64,000 bases of DNA from NCBI GenBank assembly GCA_964234715.1, contig OZ174283.1. The stretch is one strand, 5' to 3'. Under the pieces are notes generated by a model. The model was not told the origin of the DNA, searched no databases, and saw only the letters and a list, made by a program, of their open reading frames with translations. Of this stretch, positions 22,671 to 34,795 are shown piece by piece (position 1 is the first letter of the stretch; each line of letters opens with the position of its first letter). The DNA is from Podarcis melisellensis. Lineage: Eukaryota. The translations under genes and the position numbers were made by a program.

Positions 22671-23699
22671 GTCTTTTTAAAGCAAACCAACCTAATTTGC
22701 CCGTTCCATATTTATATGCCCATTGGCAGATAGTTATCAACTGAATTTTGCACTTCTCTACATGTTGCAGTGCAGTTTCAATGTCAAAAAGTGTGCAAAA
22801 ATGAATATCTTAGGGCAAAATGCATGGGAAAGCATACAAAAATGTGTATTTCAGGGCGAGAATGCATATAAATTTGTACAATTTAGATGAGATTTTTTCT
22901 GGGGGTTTTTTTAATAAAAAAAGTTCATAAAGCAAAGGACAGGACAGACTTATGACACTGCATGCAAAACTGTGACATAATGAGAACAGGCTGGTTAATC
23001 CTTACTACAACCAGTAGTTGATTTCAGGGCAATCCCAGATATGCAGAGTCTACTCAGAGTCTACTTCACACTGCTCTGAATTTGTTCAACTAATGGTATG
23101 ATAGATGTAAATTTGGCTGTTTAGTTTATTTGGCATTTAAAACGGGCAGGTGAGAAGTTTAGATAATGGTTAACACCCTAAGGCATGTTGGGTGAAGAAC
23201 ATCTGACTAACCCCACCCTATTGGGTGGGGTTGATTGTTATGGTGCTCTTGGGGCCTGGCAGGTCCCACCTGGTGAATGCTGATCAGAGGGGGTGGGGTG
23301 GCACTTGTCAGGCTACACACCTGTAGCTTCCTATTATAAGATGGTTTTACCTCCTTTCACAACAGCCTGGGTGAGACAGTTGCTCTGGCATGGTTTAGCC
23401 CTTAGCAACAGGCAGATTTTCTGCCTTCTAGCACAGGGTTAACCAGCCCACAGTTCTGTTTCATTTGGCACAAGTCGTCCTTGTGTTTGTGTTTTTTTTT
23501 TCATTATTTTTCAAATTATTATGGAGCCACAGAGACAAATGAACAATAACAGAAATTCAATAATATATCCAACTAGAGGCAGGGCACACGAAACCAAACC
23601 ATATTGAATAATAACACCTAATCTAAAATCATGGCAATCATACTTCTCTACACAGCACATAAAATCCCACCATACTGAATAGAAATGATCAGGATTTTC

Positions 23700-24480
23700 C
23701 TGCCCCTTGGAGACACTTAACTTATTTTTCCCCCTGCAATATCAAAATTCCAGAGGTTTTTGTACCATAAGGTTATGGTCAGATTTTTTAACGCTTTCCA
23801 CTGTTGTGCTATAGAGAACCTGGCAACTAGTAACACCGATGTCAAAAGTTCCTTTTGGTAGAATGTCTTGATAGTATCAATCAACATCTTTAGTAGGGAT
23901 AACAAGGGAGATATTTGAATATGTGTTTTAATAATCGTCAATGTCTCCCAATAAATTTCATTCCAGAATGAACCATCCCACCAGAGATGGGAAAAAGTCC
24001 CTCGTTAACAGTCTGGTGATATATTGGAAGCAATATGAGACAGCTCAATGGGTGTTTAATTTTAATAAATATAACCTTCAACCAATTCCAAGGTTGCTCT
24101 CCAATTCATCTACAGTGCTACCTCGGGTTAAGTACTTAATTTGTTCCGGAGGTCCGTACTTAACCTGAAACTGTTCTTAACCCGAAGCACCACTTTAGCT
24201 AATGGGGTCTCCCGCTGTCGCCACACAATTTCTGTTCTCATCCTGAAGCAAAGTTCTTTACCCGAGGTAATATTTCTGGGTTAGCGGAGTCTGTAACCTG
24301 AAGTGTCTGTAACCCGAGGTACCACTGTACTGGCTTTATTTGAATAACCTAACTGTTGATGCTTAAATACATTTGTTGTCTGCATGCAACTTTTAAAGAT
24401 ATGAACATATTAGATTACTTATTCCTGTCTTTCAAAACCCTTTCTAGATATTTTGACTGAGTCATTGGCTGCTTCTAACA
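23700..24480 (-). mobile_element. L1/Tx1-type LINE ORF2 3' fragment
   Basis: KELLTSVLLVARFSIAQQWK...LWYKNLW resembles the AR..IA..WK C-terminal motif of L1 ORF2. Interrupted by a MITE. Confidence 0.6.
24113..24327. mobile_element. Tc1/mariner (Tigger-like) MITE inserted in an L1 fragment
   Basis: Same TIRs and TA TSD as 14503-14717, in the opposite orientation. Confidence 0.9.
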
Positions 24481-27400
24481 AAATAATAATGGAAATGAAA
24501 AGCCCCAGATTTCTCTTTTCTGCAGCAAAGATTCATAAAGGGATTCTGTTAGTTTAAGATACACTTTGATTCATTTTTATTTATATTCTTATTTTATATG
24601 TGTGTTATACATTTGACTCATTTTATGTTAAGAATGGTATGGTTTTGGCGTGGTTTTTTTCTTATCTGACTGCATAATAAAATTTTACATTGATGCGGAA
24701 AACAATAGTTAAGACCTTTATTGAGAATACTGAGCACCTGTGGAACATTGAATGGGGCTTGATTCAATCTTTTCAACAGAAAAGCAACAGACTGAGAAAG
24801 CACCTGTTTGAAATAAACATAAATAAATACAATAATTAGTTTGGCAGGCAGATTAATCAGGCGTCAACTGGGCTCTGGTTACCCTCAATCTCTCCCAAAT
24901 GTGCTTAAGTAAGCCATAGAGTTCCAAGTATATTCTGCAATACAGAGTTACAATGCTAGCTGGTGAACACGTTAAGAAAACAAGAAGAGCCTTCAGGATC
25001 AGATCAAAGGTCCACAAGGAAACCATGAAAGGCAAAAGCCCTTCACAGCCAGCAGGACTGGAGTCCATTTAGCTATCGTTAGTGCTTTGGATCAGAATAT
25101 TTTTCCGGAAAAGAAGTTTTTCACAACTATCCTTTTCTAGAGACAATTGTCATTTCTGAGGATGTCTCATCCCAGATATTTTTTCCCTTTACATGTATTG
25201 AACAGATACAATAAAAGCCAAACTGGGCACTTTTTCAAGTGACGCTGCAGCAGAAGTGGGCCACCTGTTGCCTTGCAGATGCTGTTGGACTACAAACCCT
25301 CCCCATTGCATCAAGCTGTCTGGGATTGATGGGAGCAGGGGGTCGATTCTCACCTTGAAGGGCCATAGATTCTTTACATCTGCTAACACTAGTAGTGTCA
25401 ACAGTTTTAAGTGCCCTTTTCCATTAACATTTAGCATTATTTTATTATTTATGCATTTTATTTATGATTTTGTTTGCTTCTAGCAGTTAGTTCCCAGGGC
25501 AGTACAGAGCAGAAGAGAAACAACAAACACAATACAAATTCAGAAATGAAAGAAGAACAGATTAGAATGGTTCTAGCCCAGAGCTCAAAAGGCACTGGCA
25601 GAACAAAAAGGTCTTTGCCTGGCACACAAAATGGGATAGCAAAGTAAGTGCCAGTTGCGCCTCTTGGGGCTCTGCCACTGCTGAAAAGGCTCTCCCCCCC
25701 GGTTGCCACCTTTTGTGTCATATAATTAGATTGCAAGCCTGCAAGTAAGTACTTATTTATCCTTCAGTATCTCTACAGAACTTCCAAAATTGTAGGCACT
25801 TTATAATTTGTTTATTTCTTTGATTTAAAAGCTACCCTAAAACAATAGTTCCCTGGGTAGCATGTAGTGTAAAATAAAGCACATACAAAATAAACAACAA
25901 AAACAACAAGAAGGCAGGTCACATCTTCCCAGGACTAACATTGCCAGAATAGTAGTCTGCAGATACGTAAAATACAATGGTTTTACAGTGGCCTGTAAAT
26001 ACTTGTTTGGAGGTGGTTAGTTTTAAATTCTACTTGAATTATTGTATATGCTAAATGTTGCTTTGATAGCTATATTTTTGTCTGGGCTTCAATATTCATA
26101 ATATAATTGATTACCACTTTATTGTAAAAAGAAAAAGAAAAAAGAAAGTAAGTAAAAAATGTTGCTCTGTCATGCTGAGCTAAGCCAGTTTGGTTTATCA
26201 TATCATCCAAACCCAGGTTCATGTGGTTTATCTCTTTCCATACTAACCACAAGCTATAGCCAAGGTTTGCCCTATGGTTTGTCTGGGAGAGATAAAAAAA
26301 AAGCCTCACACAATGAATCAAACCATGGCTTAGTGCAGCGCAGCACCGAGGAAGGTGTGAAGTGGTTGCAATCTCATCTCCCAGAGACTATGCTGTCATA
26401 CGTTCATGGTAAGCAATTGTTTGGCTTAGTGTGATGTGCAAACCGGGGCAAAAAGAACTAGTAAACACACAATGCAACATTATGTGCTAAATTAATAGTG
26501 CTTTCGATAAATTTATTGCACAGTGATTGGTTTAAGTTAATAATTCACAAATATTAATTCCAGGACTTGACATGCTGGCATCCTGATTTTTAAATAAATG
26601 TATCAATTTAAATATACTTGGAGATTCAATATTTATGTTATGTGAAGGGGTGAAACACCAAGCATATAAGTTATTTCTAATAGAGCATGGTGGTTTCTGT
26701 TGCCAACTCTACTTTTAAAAACACGTATATAAAATACTCTGCTTTTTCTTCAGATCATAAAATCCCCCCCCCCCGCCTTTTACCAAAGATTTATGTTATA
26801 AGTTTCCTACTAGCATTCGGAAGCCCTGCTTTGGAAGTGCCAAGGGAGGATGCCCTATAAACACAATGTTTGCTTTAGAGTAAAAATGTAGGACCCAAGC
26901 TTATTATTCTAACTGAAGCATTTTTTAAAAAAATACAATAAATAAATACAATTCTGTGAAAACACAAAAATAAAAGTCTATGTGTTTAGATGCATGCTTG
27001 CAACATGGAAGCAAACACACCCATACAGCTACAGTACTGTATATACTTATATGTATCACCCACCCCTAAGTAAATAAAACTGACAGCTTAGTGATGCCTG
27101 TTGTGATAAAGTGGTTAAAAGCAAAAAGAGGGGTGGGGAAGAGAAAACAATGTTACTGAACAGGATTATGTATTTTTTTGAAGATACCCTCTCAAAATGG
27201 CACCTGATACTACCTTTACATCACTGCAGAGAAGGATGAAGCATTAAAGAAATATAAAGTTAACAGCATTCAATAGAATACCAGTTAACTTTAGTGGCAA
27301 AAAAAGCAGTGATAGCTCTGACATTTTATAACATTTGTTCTTTTGAGCCTGAAAAGTTAATGGAATTGCTAAATCAGACGATACACTCTCAGAACTTCAT

Positions 27401-27631
27401 GACGAGTGATGGGGGGTTATTACTGCTTTCAGCACCTCCACTGTTTCCTTGCGATTGACCGGGAAGTTGGAGAATGCTGCAGCACAGTTGCCGGCAGGAG
27501 TTAGTGTTGCCACCTGTCCCATATAATATAATCAATGTAAACGAGACCCTGTCAGCATATAACACCTTTCTCAATAATTCTGTACTGTTTGCCTGTTTGC
27601 TACTGGGCCAAGATCAAGGTATTACTATTAG

Positions 27632-27925
27632 TGTTATGTACTGAAGTTCTCACCCTGGGCCAGCAGGGGGATACTGTAGATAGTTATGCAAATGAAGGAT
27701 TGAAAGTGACGTTCAGTGATTGGATAGTTTGTATGCAAATGAAGGATTGAAGTTGACGTTCTGTGATTGGATAGTTTTAGAAAGTTGCAACAGTTACGTT
27801 GCTCTGGAGCTCTATATAAGCAGGCTGACTGAGCTCCTCAATTCAGTTCTGTTGTGGCCTTTGAATAAACAAGAGCTGTTTGAAGAATCACTGTGTTGTC
27901 TGATATGTTCGCCCACAACTTAACA
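27632..27925 (+). mobile_element. Solo LTR, 294 bp
   Basis: TGTTA...TAACA inverted ends, perfect 5-bp TSD attag (27627-27631 and 27926-27930), TATATAA and AATAAA. Confidence 0.9.
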
Positions 27926-28642
27926 ATTAGTATACAGTATCATGCCCATAACAGTTTGGAAACAGTTTACCTGTAAGACTGCCTTACCCTATATAAGTCC
28001 ACTCGACTGCTCCAATCTGCAGAACTGGCACAATTACAGGTGCCACACAACACTCATCCCACAGTCTTTTTGTGTGGCAGCACCCACAATCATATCTGAA
28101 AACCTGCAGAGCTACTGCCAGTCATTGAGGACAATACTGAGATTGACCTACGGTCCGACTCAGCACAAGGCAACTTTCAGTGTTCCTGTGCATATACATT
28201 TCTAGACTAGAAAAGGAGTGACTAGCTAGTTGTTTCCCATCTGTGTCAAGAAATATTTTCTGGAAACAAAAATACCTGGGTTTAAGGAATGAGTTACGGA
28301 GCTTACATATTCATTCATGTACCCAAGGAAACTGGAGGTTAAGGTGCCACCTTAACTTCCATGCAATGTGAGCAGTAAACCTGCTCTATAGTCTCACATA
28401 TTGTTCTTACAACTTTGGGCTACTCCAGATGACCTGCTTATTGAATATTTACCCTGATTTGTTTCATGGTAGTTATACATCTTCCTGCTAATCAATCTTT
28501 TATCTCACACCTTTTAGTGCATTTCCCTGTCATATTCTTAACTACAAAATGTCTGTGTGAGGTGTGTGTGTGTATGTTTAAGTGGGTACATTGCTCCAGT
28601 GTGCTATAATCCACTTTAACTGTGCAAACCTACTTTTCCAGG

Positions 28643-28850
28643 CCATGTTGTTTTCTTGGCAGGGATACTGGAGTGGCTTGCCGGTTCCTCCTCCAGGAGG
28701 ATCATGTTTAGTCAAAACTCTCCACTATGACCTGTCCGTCTTGGGTGGCCCTGCACAGCATAGCTCATAGCTTCTCTGAGTTACTTAAGCCCCTTCACAT
28801 CACGACAAGGCAGTGATCCATGACTAAACGACTAAACAACAACAACAACA
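28643..28850. mobile_element. BovB/RTE-derived insertion with inverted 5' part
   Basis: BovB 5'-region sequence on the minus strand joined to a plus-strand gactaaacgactaaa(caa)n tail. 11-bp TSD acttttccagg. Confidence 0.8.
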
Positions 28851-29344
28851 ACTTTTCCAGGACGTGAATGAATCCCTCCTGCAAAATACTGTCTGTAGGC
28901 GAACTTTATCTCCCCACTGCCAAACTTTTGCTACACCTTTTAGTTCCAGTTTAGTCTTCCTCTGCAGGTTGGGGGGCAACACTGAAGCAAGGGACAGTGT
29001 TGTGTCACATTTTAATACAACTAGCTTTCCCAGCTCCACAGTTTTTGCTATTACATCTCATTTATTGCAAGTAATTCAAGTGTCAGACAAATAATGATGC
29101 CTGTCTCCTCAAGAGCCGGCATTCCTTTGCTGTGTTGTGACAGATACTTACTACCATTCAAACAGACCTCCTGTAGGATTCCTTCAGAAACAAATGCAGG
29201 GAAATAGGTGCTCTGTTGGTTTCAATGAGCATATCTTCAAATATTTCTCTACATTGGGTTTAAGACAGACCAAAACATTAAATAGCAAAGGCTTGGCTCT
29301 TGACAACCATGAAAAGTTCATAGAAGTGAACTTTCCCGTCACTG

Positions 29345-29690
29345 TTGCTCCCACTGTGGGCCTAGGCTCAGTGCAGCCATGGGTAGGATGTGTGTATGAA
29401 CCCAAATAAGACACAGGACAGCAGTACTGGGATTGAATCAGGCCACGACTTTTACTGATTGCAGGTGTCAGCAGGTCTTGGCATAGGCATTAAATGTGTA
29501 TCCTTTTCCTTTCCCACTACTGCTTCCCAAGGCCCATCCCACATAGTTCAGAAGAGCATCCCAACTCTCATTGGTGGATTTTCAGAGAATCCAAATTACC
29601 TCTGTGATTTTTCATTCCACAAGCGTCTTAAGGAGAAGGGTTGCATAGTGGGAGGACTCTGTGCTTTAAGATCAGGGAAGAGGAACCTGT
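29345..29690 (-). mobile_element. Second, more degenerate Ngaro/DIRS-like end fragment
   Basis: Reverse complement aatgcctatgccaagacctgctgacacc...taaaagtcgtggcc...tgtgtcttatt aligns by eye with 19621-19720. Confidence 0.5.
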
Positions 29691-32292
29691 AGCCCTCCAG
29701 ATGCTACTGAACTCAAATTCCCATCAGCCCCAATCAGCATGGCTAATTGTCTGAGATGATGGAAACTAGAGTCCAAAAACATCTGGAGGGCCTGGTTTTA
29801 AAGCCTGACAACATATCAGTTTTTAAAGGAGAGGGCCTAAGAGAGAACCCAGCTCCCTTTACCATGTTGGTACACACTGTTCATCACCACAGTCAATATA
29901 TGTTATTTCAGCTGGTGGGTTTTCCTTTGTTATGCATACAGAGCTTTTAGATTGTGGGCTGTTGAATTTTTTTGAAAAAATAATTGAAGAAATTTATGAT
30001 TACTAGTCATGTTTCCCTACTTCTATTTTTCTTCAGGGTAATCAAGTGCATTACTTGTTCCTGAAACAGTAGCATCACCAACTTGCTCCAAATGTACACG
30101 CTGACAGTTTGCAACACACCCTTTGAGGCATCCACTTTCTCATGAGTAGGTTCTCAAGTAATGGCATAAAAGATTATGCCTGGCATCCTTGGAATATCAA
30201 AAAGAAAGAGAGTATCTGCGAGCAGAACCTAACCCCACAGGGGAAACTGGGCATCCAAAAAAGCATAGAGCTGCACAATTAAGCAAATATGCAATTAACT
30301 AAAATTCCAGTACTCATTTACTGCATACAGAACCTTTATTCCAAGGCTCCCATAGCACGTTCAGACAATAATTAAGCCTCACAATACCCCTGTGAGGTAT
30401 GTAGCAAATGCAAACCCAAATTAAAATGTAAATTGCTTGAAGCTGAAGTTTATGCATGATCCTCAAATATCAGAAGCCAGTTTGTGCAGTCACGAGTGAT
30501 CTTTGAATTTTCTACAGTATTTTCTCAGTTTATTCTTTCTTACAAGTGCTGCTTCATGATGCTTTAGGTGCAAATGAACTGTACGGTTTTAAACCAGAGA
30601 ACATTTTATTTCTAGAAAGGCACGGAGAATCTTACCATGCTAAAATAGCTTGTTAGGCAGCTAGTAAATGCTGCTACCCTTCAAATGCATTGATCATTCA
30701 AAAATCAGCTAAAGCGGCTGCTTATTAATAAGATATTCTTCTTGTTCAACTATTCAGTGAACAAAATTATCCCCAAATATGGTGGAACCAGCTCAGTTCT
30801 CTTTAGAATGCAGTTGTGAGCATTCCTCCTCTGAAATACTTACATTGGTTCCAAAATTAACTACCACAAAAATTAAGAATCTTGTAGACTAAGACTAAGA
30901 AATAAATTGAAATGTGTGAGCATCAAACTCTTGCAAGGACTTCTGCTATAGCAGCAATGCTAGAGCACCTCTTTTCTGCTTGAGAGAAGTATTCAGTGAT
31001 AAGGTAAAGAGATGCAATAACTCGCCTTTATCTATGAGCATTTATTGACTTCAGGCAAAGGCCCTTGGAGCACATAATACTAAGTAATAGTTATGAGCAG
31101 CATTCGTAAGTGGCAGGGAGCTCTGGACTCTTTCCCCTCCCCTGTCTTATTCCAGCACAGCCATGATAAGGATCTGCTTGCACTTTTGAACTAACTGGAG
31201 TTCCCATTATGACTGACTTGGGGGGATTTGTTTAAACAAGCCATGATTTTTTTTAAAAAAAATATATTCATAGCAGAAATATTGTAACCCCCGGCTCATG
31301 AAGAAGTGAATTATGGCCAACATGACAAAGATGTCTTCTATTACTATAGTTAGGAAATATACGAAATACTGCCCCCTTGAATGGGGGTGATCCCATTTCG
31401 TTGCCCTACTGGTCAGCAGAGTCACCCACTTTACTGCATGAGGAAACGTTGACATTTTGGAAAACAAGTCGAAAAATGTAACAGATTTTCTGGCAATGAA
31501 CTAAGATAAAGTACTGGTAGATGTAAACCTTATAAAATTAAAAAAAAGTAGTAGTATCTGATTTTTCTCTCATATATTTACCTTATGCAGAGGGGAACAG
31601 ACCTCTTTCTGCCTCCAGGTCCATTATCAGATTTTTGTATCAGTACCTGCAGTCAAGGGCAAGGTGCACAGCGTACAGCGTACAGCTAACACCTGAAGCC
31701 TCCTGGTTTCCAAACAACCATTTCAACCTTCCCTTTCCCCCGTGCTTAATAGCTTTCAATATATTCCTTACATAATGATTGGCATGACTGCAGATATACA
31801 AATCTCCCAAGCAAAATATAATGAGAGGGGTTTTAAGGAAGGTTCTCTGTTTTTTTGTTTAGTATGCATTCTGTAAAATTCAGAAGTGAATAATTAATCC
31901 TATTTATGGCATTAGCATGGAGGCATGGAAGTAACTAGAATGCTACTAAGGGTGCAGTCCTAAGCACACTTTAGAGTGGAAACAAGGCATATTGATTGAA
32001 CTCAGCGGGCCATGCTTTCAAGAAAACATATTGAGGACTGGGCAGCTAGTACTCACAACATGGAAAGTTACAGCTCACTCTGAAATCCTTTGTTTTAAAC
32101 ATAAATGGAGCCCCTGGACAGAAACTTATGAAGGGCAAGAAAAGGAATAGCTGGTCCAAAACATTAATAGTTATAGCATTATGCTCACACTATGTGAACT
32201 GAAGGGCACTCAGCCCTTACACAAGCTTGCACATAGTTGCCCTGGGATGCCAAAAGGATTTTCTGGGCCTGGTAAACTGTATGTGGATTGGG

Positions 32293-32301
32293 ACACACAC
32301 A

Positions 32302-32343
<42 letters not shown>
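32293..32343. repeat. (CA)n(GA)n compound microsatellite
   Basis: Read directly from the sequence. Confidence 0.95.
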
Positions 32344-32349
<6 letters not shown>

Positions 32350-32616
32350 GAATATATTAACTTAGCCTAGCCTGCATACCTTGTTACAGAGACAAAAATA
32401 GCAAGAGAAGGTGGTTAATATTCACAACCTTGACCTCTTGGGAAGAAAAGCAAGGTACAAATATATAATGCAATTATTGTAAAGAAAAATAAACAGAAAC
32501 AGAAAAGCAGCCTCCACTTGCTCTAAATGCAACATCCTACAGTCCTTATATTTTACAGCAAAATACAAAAACAAAACAAAATTTTTGCCAACACTGGAGG
32601 TGCAAATACATATATA

Positions 32617-32761
32617 CAGTGCTTTTTTCTGGGGAGACGCAGAGGTACGCATACCCCTAAACATTTTGTGAACCTAAGTTTGGTCTCATTGAGGGGCAGT
32701 ATTTCAATATGAGTAGGAAAATGAGAGTACCCCTAAACATTTTTTAAGAAAAAAAGCACTG
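32617..32761. mobile_element. hAT MITE
   Basis: TIRs cagtgctttttt and aaaaaagcactg. Perfect 8-bp TSD catatata. Confidence 0.9.
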
Positions 32762-34349
32762 CATATATAATAGCTTATTGTTGGGTCCCTCCCTCCACCA
32801 CCTGTACCCTACAGGGAGAGGAGAGGAGCATGAAACTATTGACTTATTTTAGGATCAAAGCCATGATCTGCTGCAGATTCACAGCATGTCGCCTGCATTT
32901 GCTTTCCATACACAAGAAATGCCGACTCCAAGAAACTGAAGCTGCATCTTGGGACACCTGTGGCTTACATAAACAGCTGGATATGTACAGGAGTCCTATG
33001 GATCAGTGTAACATATACACATATTCAGAATTTCTCTCCTGTACACAAAGAAATTATCCTGTACACACAGAGAGAAATTAATTTAAGTATGTGGACTTGG
33101 ATTAGGCTGCAGTCCTATACCCACTTATCTTAGACTGAGGACCGCTCAACTCATTTGGACTTACTTCTAAGTAGAAATGGTTAGCAATGCATGGTTCGCA
33201 TCTAATTCACCCCCCTTTCTATATTTAATATCATTTGTTTCATGTTTCCCAACCCATTCCATATAGTACTTGGCAGCTTTTTGTGTGCTGTTTGGAATTC
33301 TATCTTTTCTGCTATTTTAATTACTTTTCTCTTGGCTGTATTCTTGCAATGCCTTGATCTACTGCTGGTGCAAAAATGATTTCATTTTTAATGGGTTTTA
33401 CCCTTTTGATTTCCTCCTTCTCTTTTTAAAAACATTTAAGCTGTCCTCTTCTTGCAGAGTTTGAATTTTATCGCTTGCGCATGTGAAAGAGCAATAGCTT
33501 TTTGCTTGCCTTACAGCTGATTAACTGCAAGGAAGCCATCGAATATAAAATACAATGTGTTTGATTTCTAAACAAGTTCCTCCAGAGCCCCTTTTTGTGG
33601 TCAAGGTTAAGCTATTCCTTGGTACAACCCTACTTCTACTGAAAGTCCATTCCAAAATACTTCTAGAAATGCTTTCCTGTGCCTTTGGGGAAGGGCGCTG
33701 ATGGGCTGCCATTCCTTACCTGCTTTGTGCATTTCAGCTGTTTTACTGATAGTGTTCTTATATGGCTGATTTTAAATACTTTAACTGGATTGTGTGTGGA
33801 CCACCCTGGACTCCTGTGGGAGGAAGGTCAAGGTAGAGATATAATAAATAAAACCATTTTAATGACATAGGAAAAGCAACCCATCCTGTCCTGTTTTACT
33901 GAGGATTTTTAAATAGGTGTTTTGCTTGTTATTTGGTGTTATTTACAAACTACCAACTAAATAGTCTGGTTCCTTCCCCAGTCTTGTATAAGGGGAAATA
34001 CAGCAGTACAAAAGTTTTTGAGCCATTATTTGCATATAATAAGGAAGACCTTAGGAGTGTAATGGAGTGCAACAAATTTGCAACATTAGCTTTCATCCAA
34101 TTGAGCTGTTCGAATTTGGAGTGGGGGGACATACACCAGGAGCAGCAAGGCTGCAGGGAAGTTGCATGGGATACTGCATGTCCGTTTTCCGTGAAAGTAC
34201 ACACTAATCATCTCTGCTTCTACTTTCCTGGAAATGGTTCTTAGTTGAAAAATCACCGTGGTATGAAATTATTTTCAGTACACGGCATAAAAAGAGTGTC
34301 TTAACTGATCATGGAGACTTTTGTAAAAATGAATTTGAGGTTAAGAATA

Positions 34350-34795
34350 TTAAGAAGAGTTCTGCTGGAGCAGACCAAATGTATATCTATCTCAGCACAT
34401 TATGTTTCTCACAGTGGACAACCAAGATACCTACATGAAGCTCAGAATCAGGACATGAGAGTGTGAGCCACTCTGCCACATTCCCAGTGACTGTAGTGAA
34501 GGGCGTAGCATTGCTTCTGAGCCTGCAGGTGATACACAGGCATCATGACTAGTAGTCAATGACAGCCTTGTTCTCCATAAATTTGTCTAGTCCCCTTTAC
34601 AGTCGTATATAAGTTGGTGCACCCCAACATCTTGTGGAACCAAATTCAATGGTATGGCGATGCACCATGTGTAGAAGTCCTTCCTTTTGTCAGTCCTGAT
34701 TCTCCTACCCTTTAGCTTGATTGGATGACCCTGTGGTCTAAAATTAAAAGAGAAAAAAAATTCTCCCTCTCGCCACACCATGCATAATTTTATTT
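34350..34795 (-). mobile_element. CR1 LINE 3' fragment
   Basis: GHPIKLKGRRIRTDKRKDFYT matches the CR1 ORF2 C-terminus and is followed by 3' UTR. A related UTR piece lies at about 53905-54050. Confidence 0.8.
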
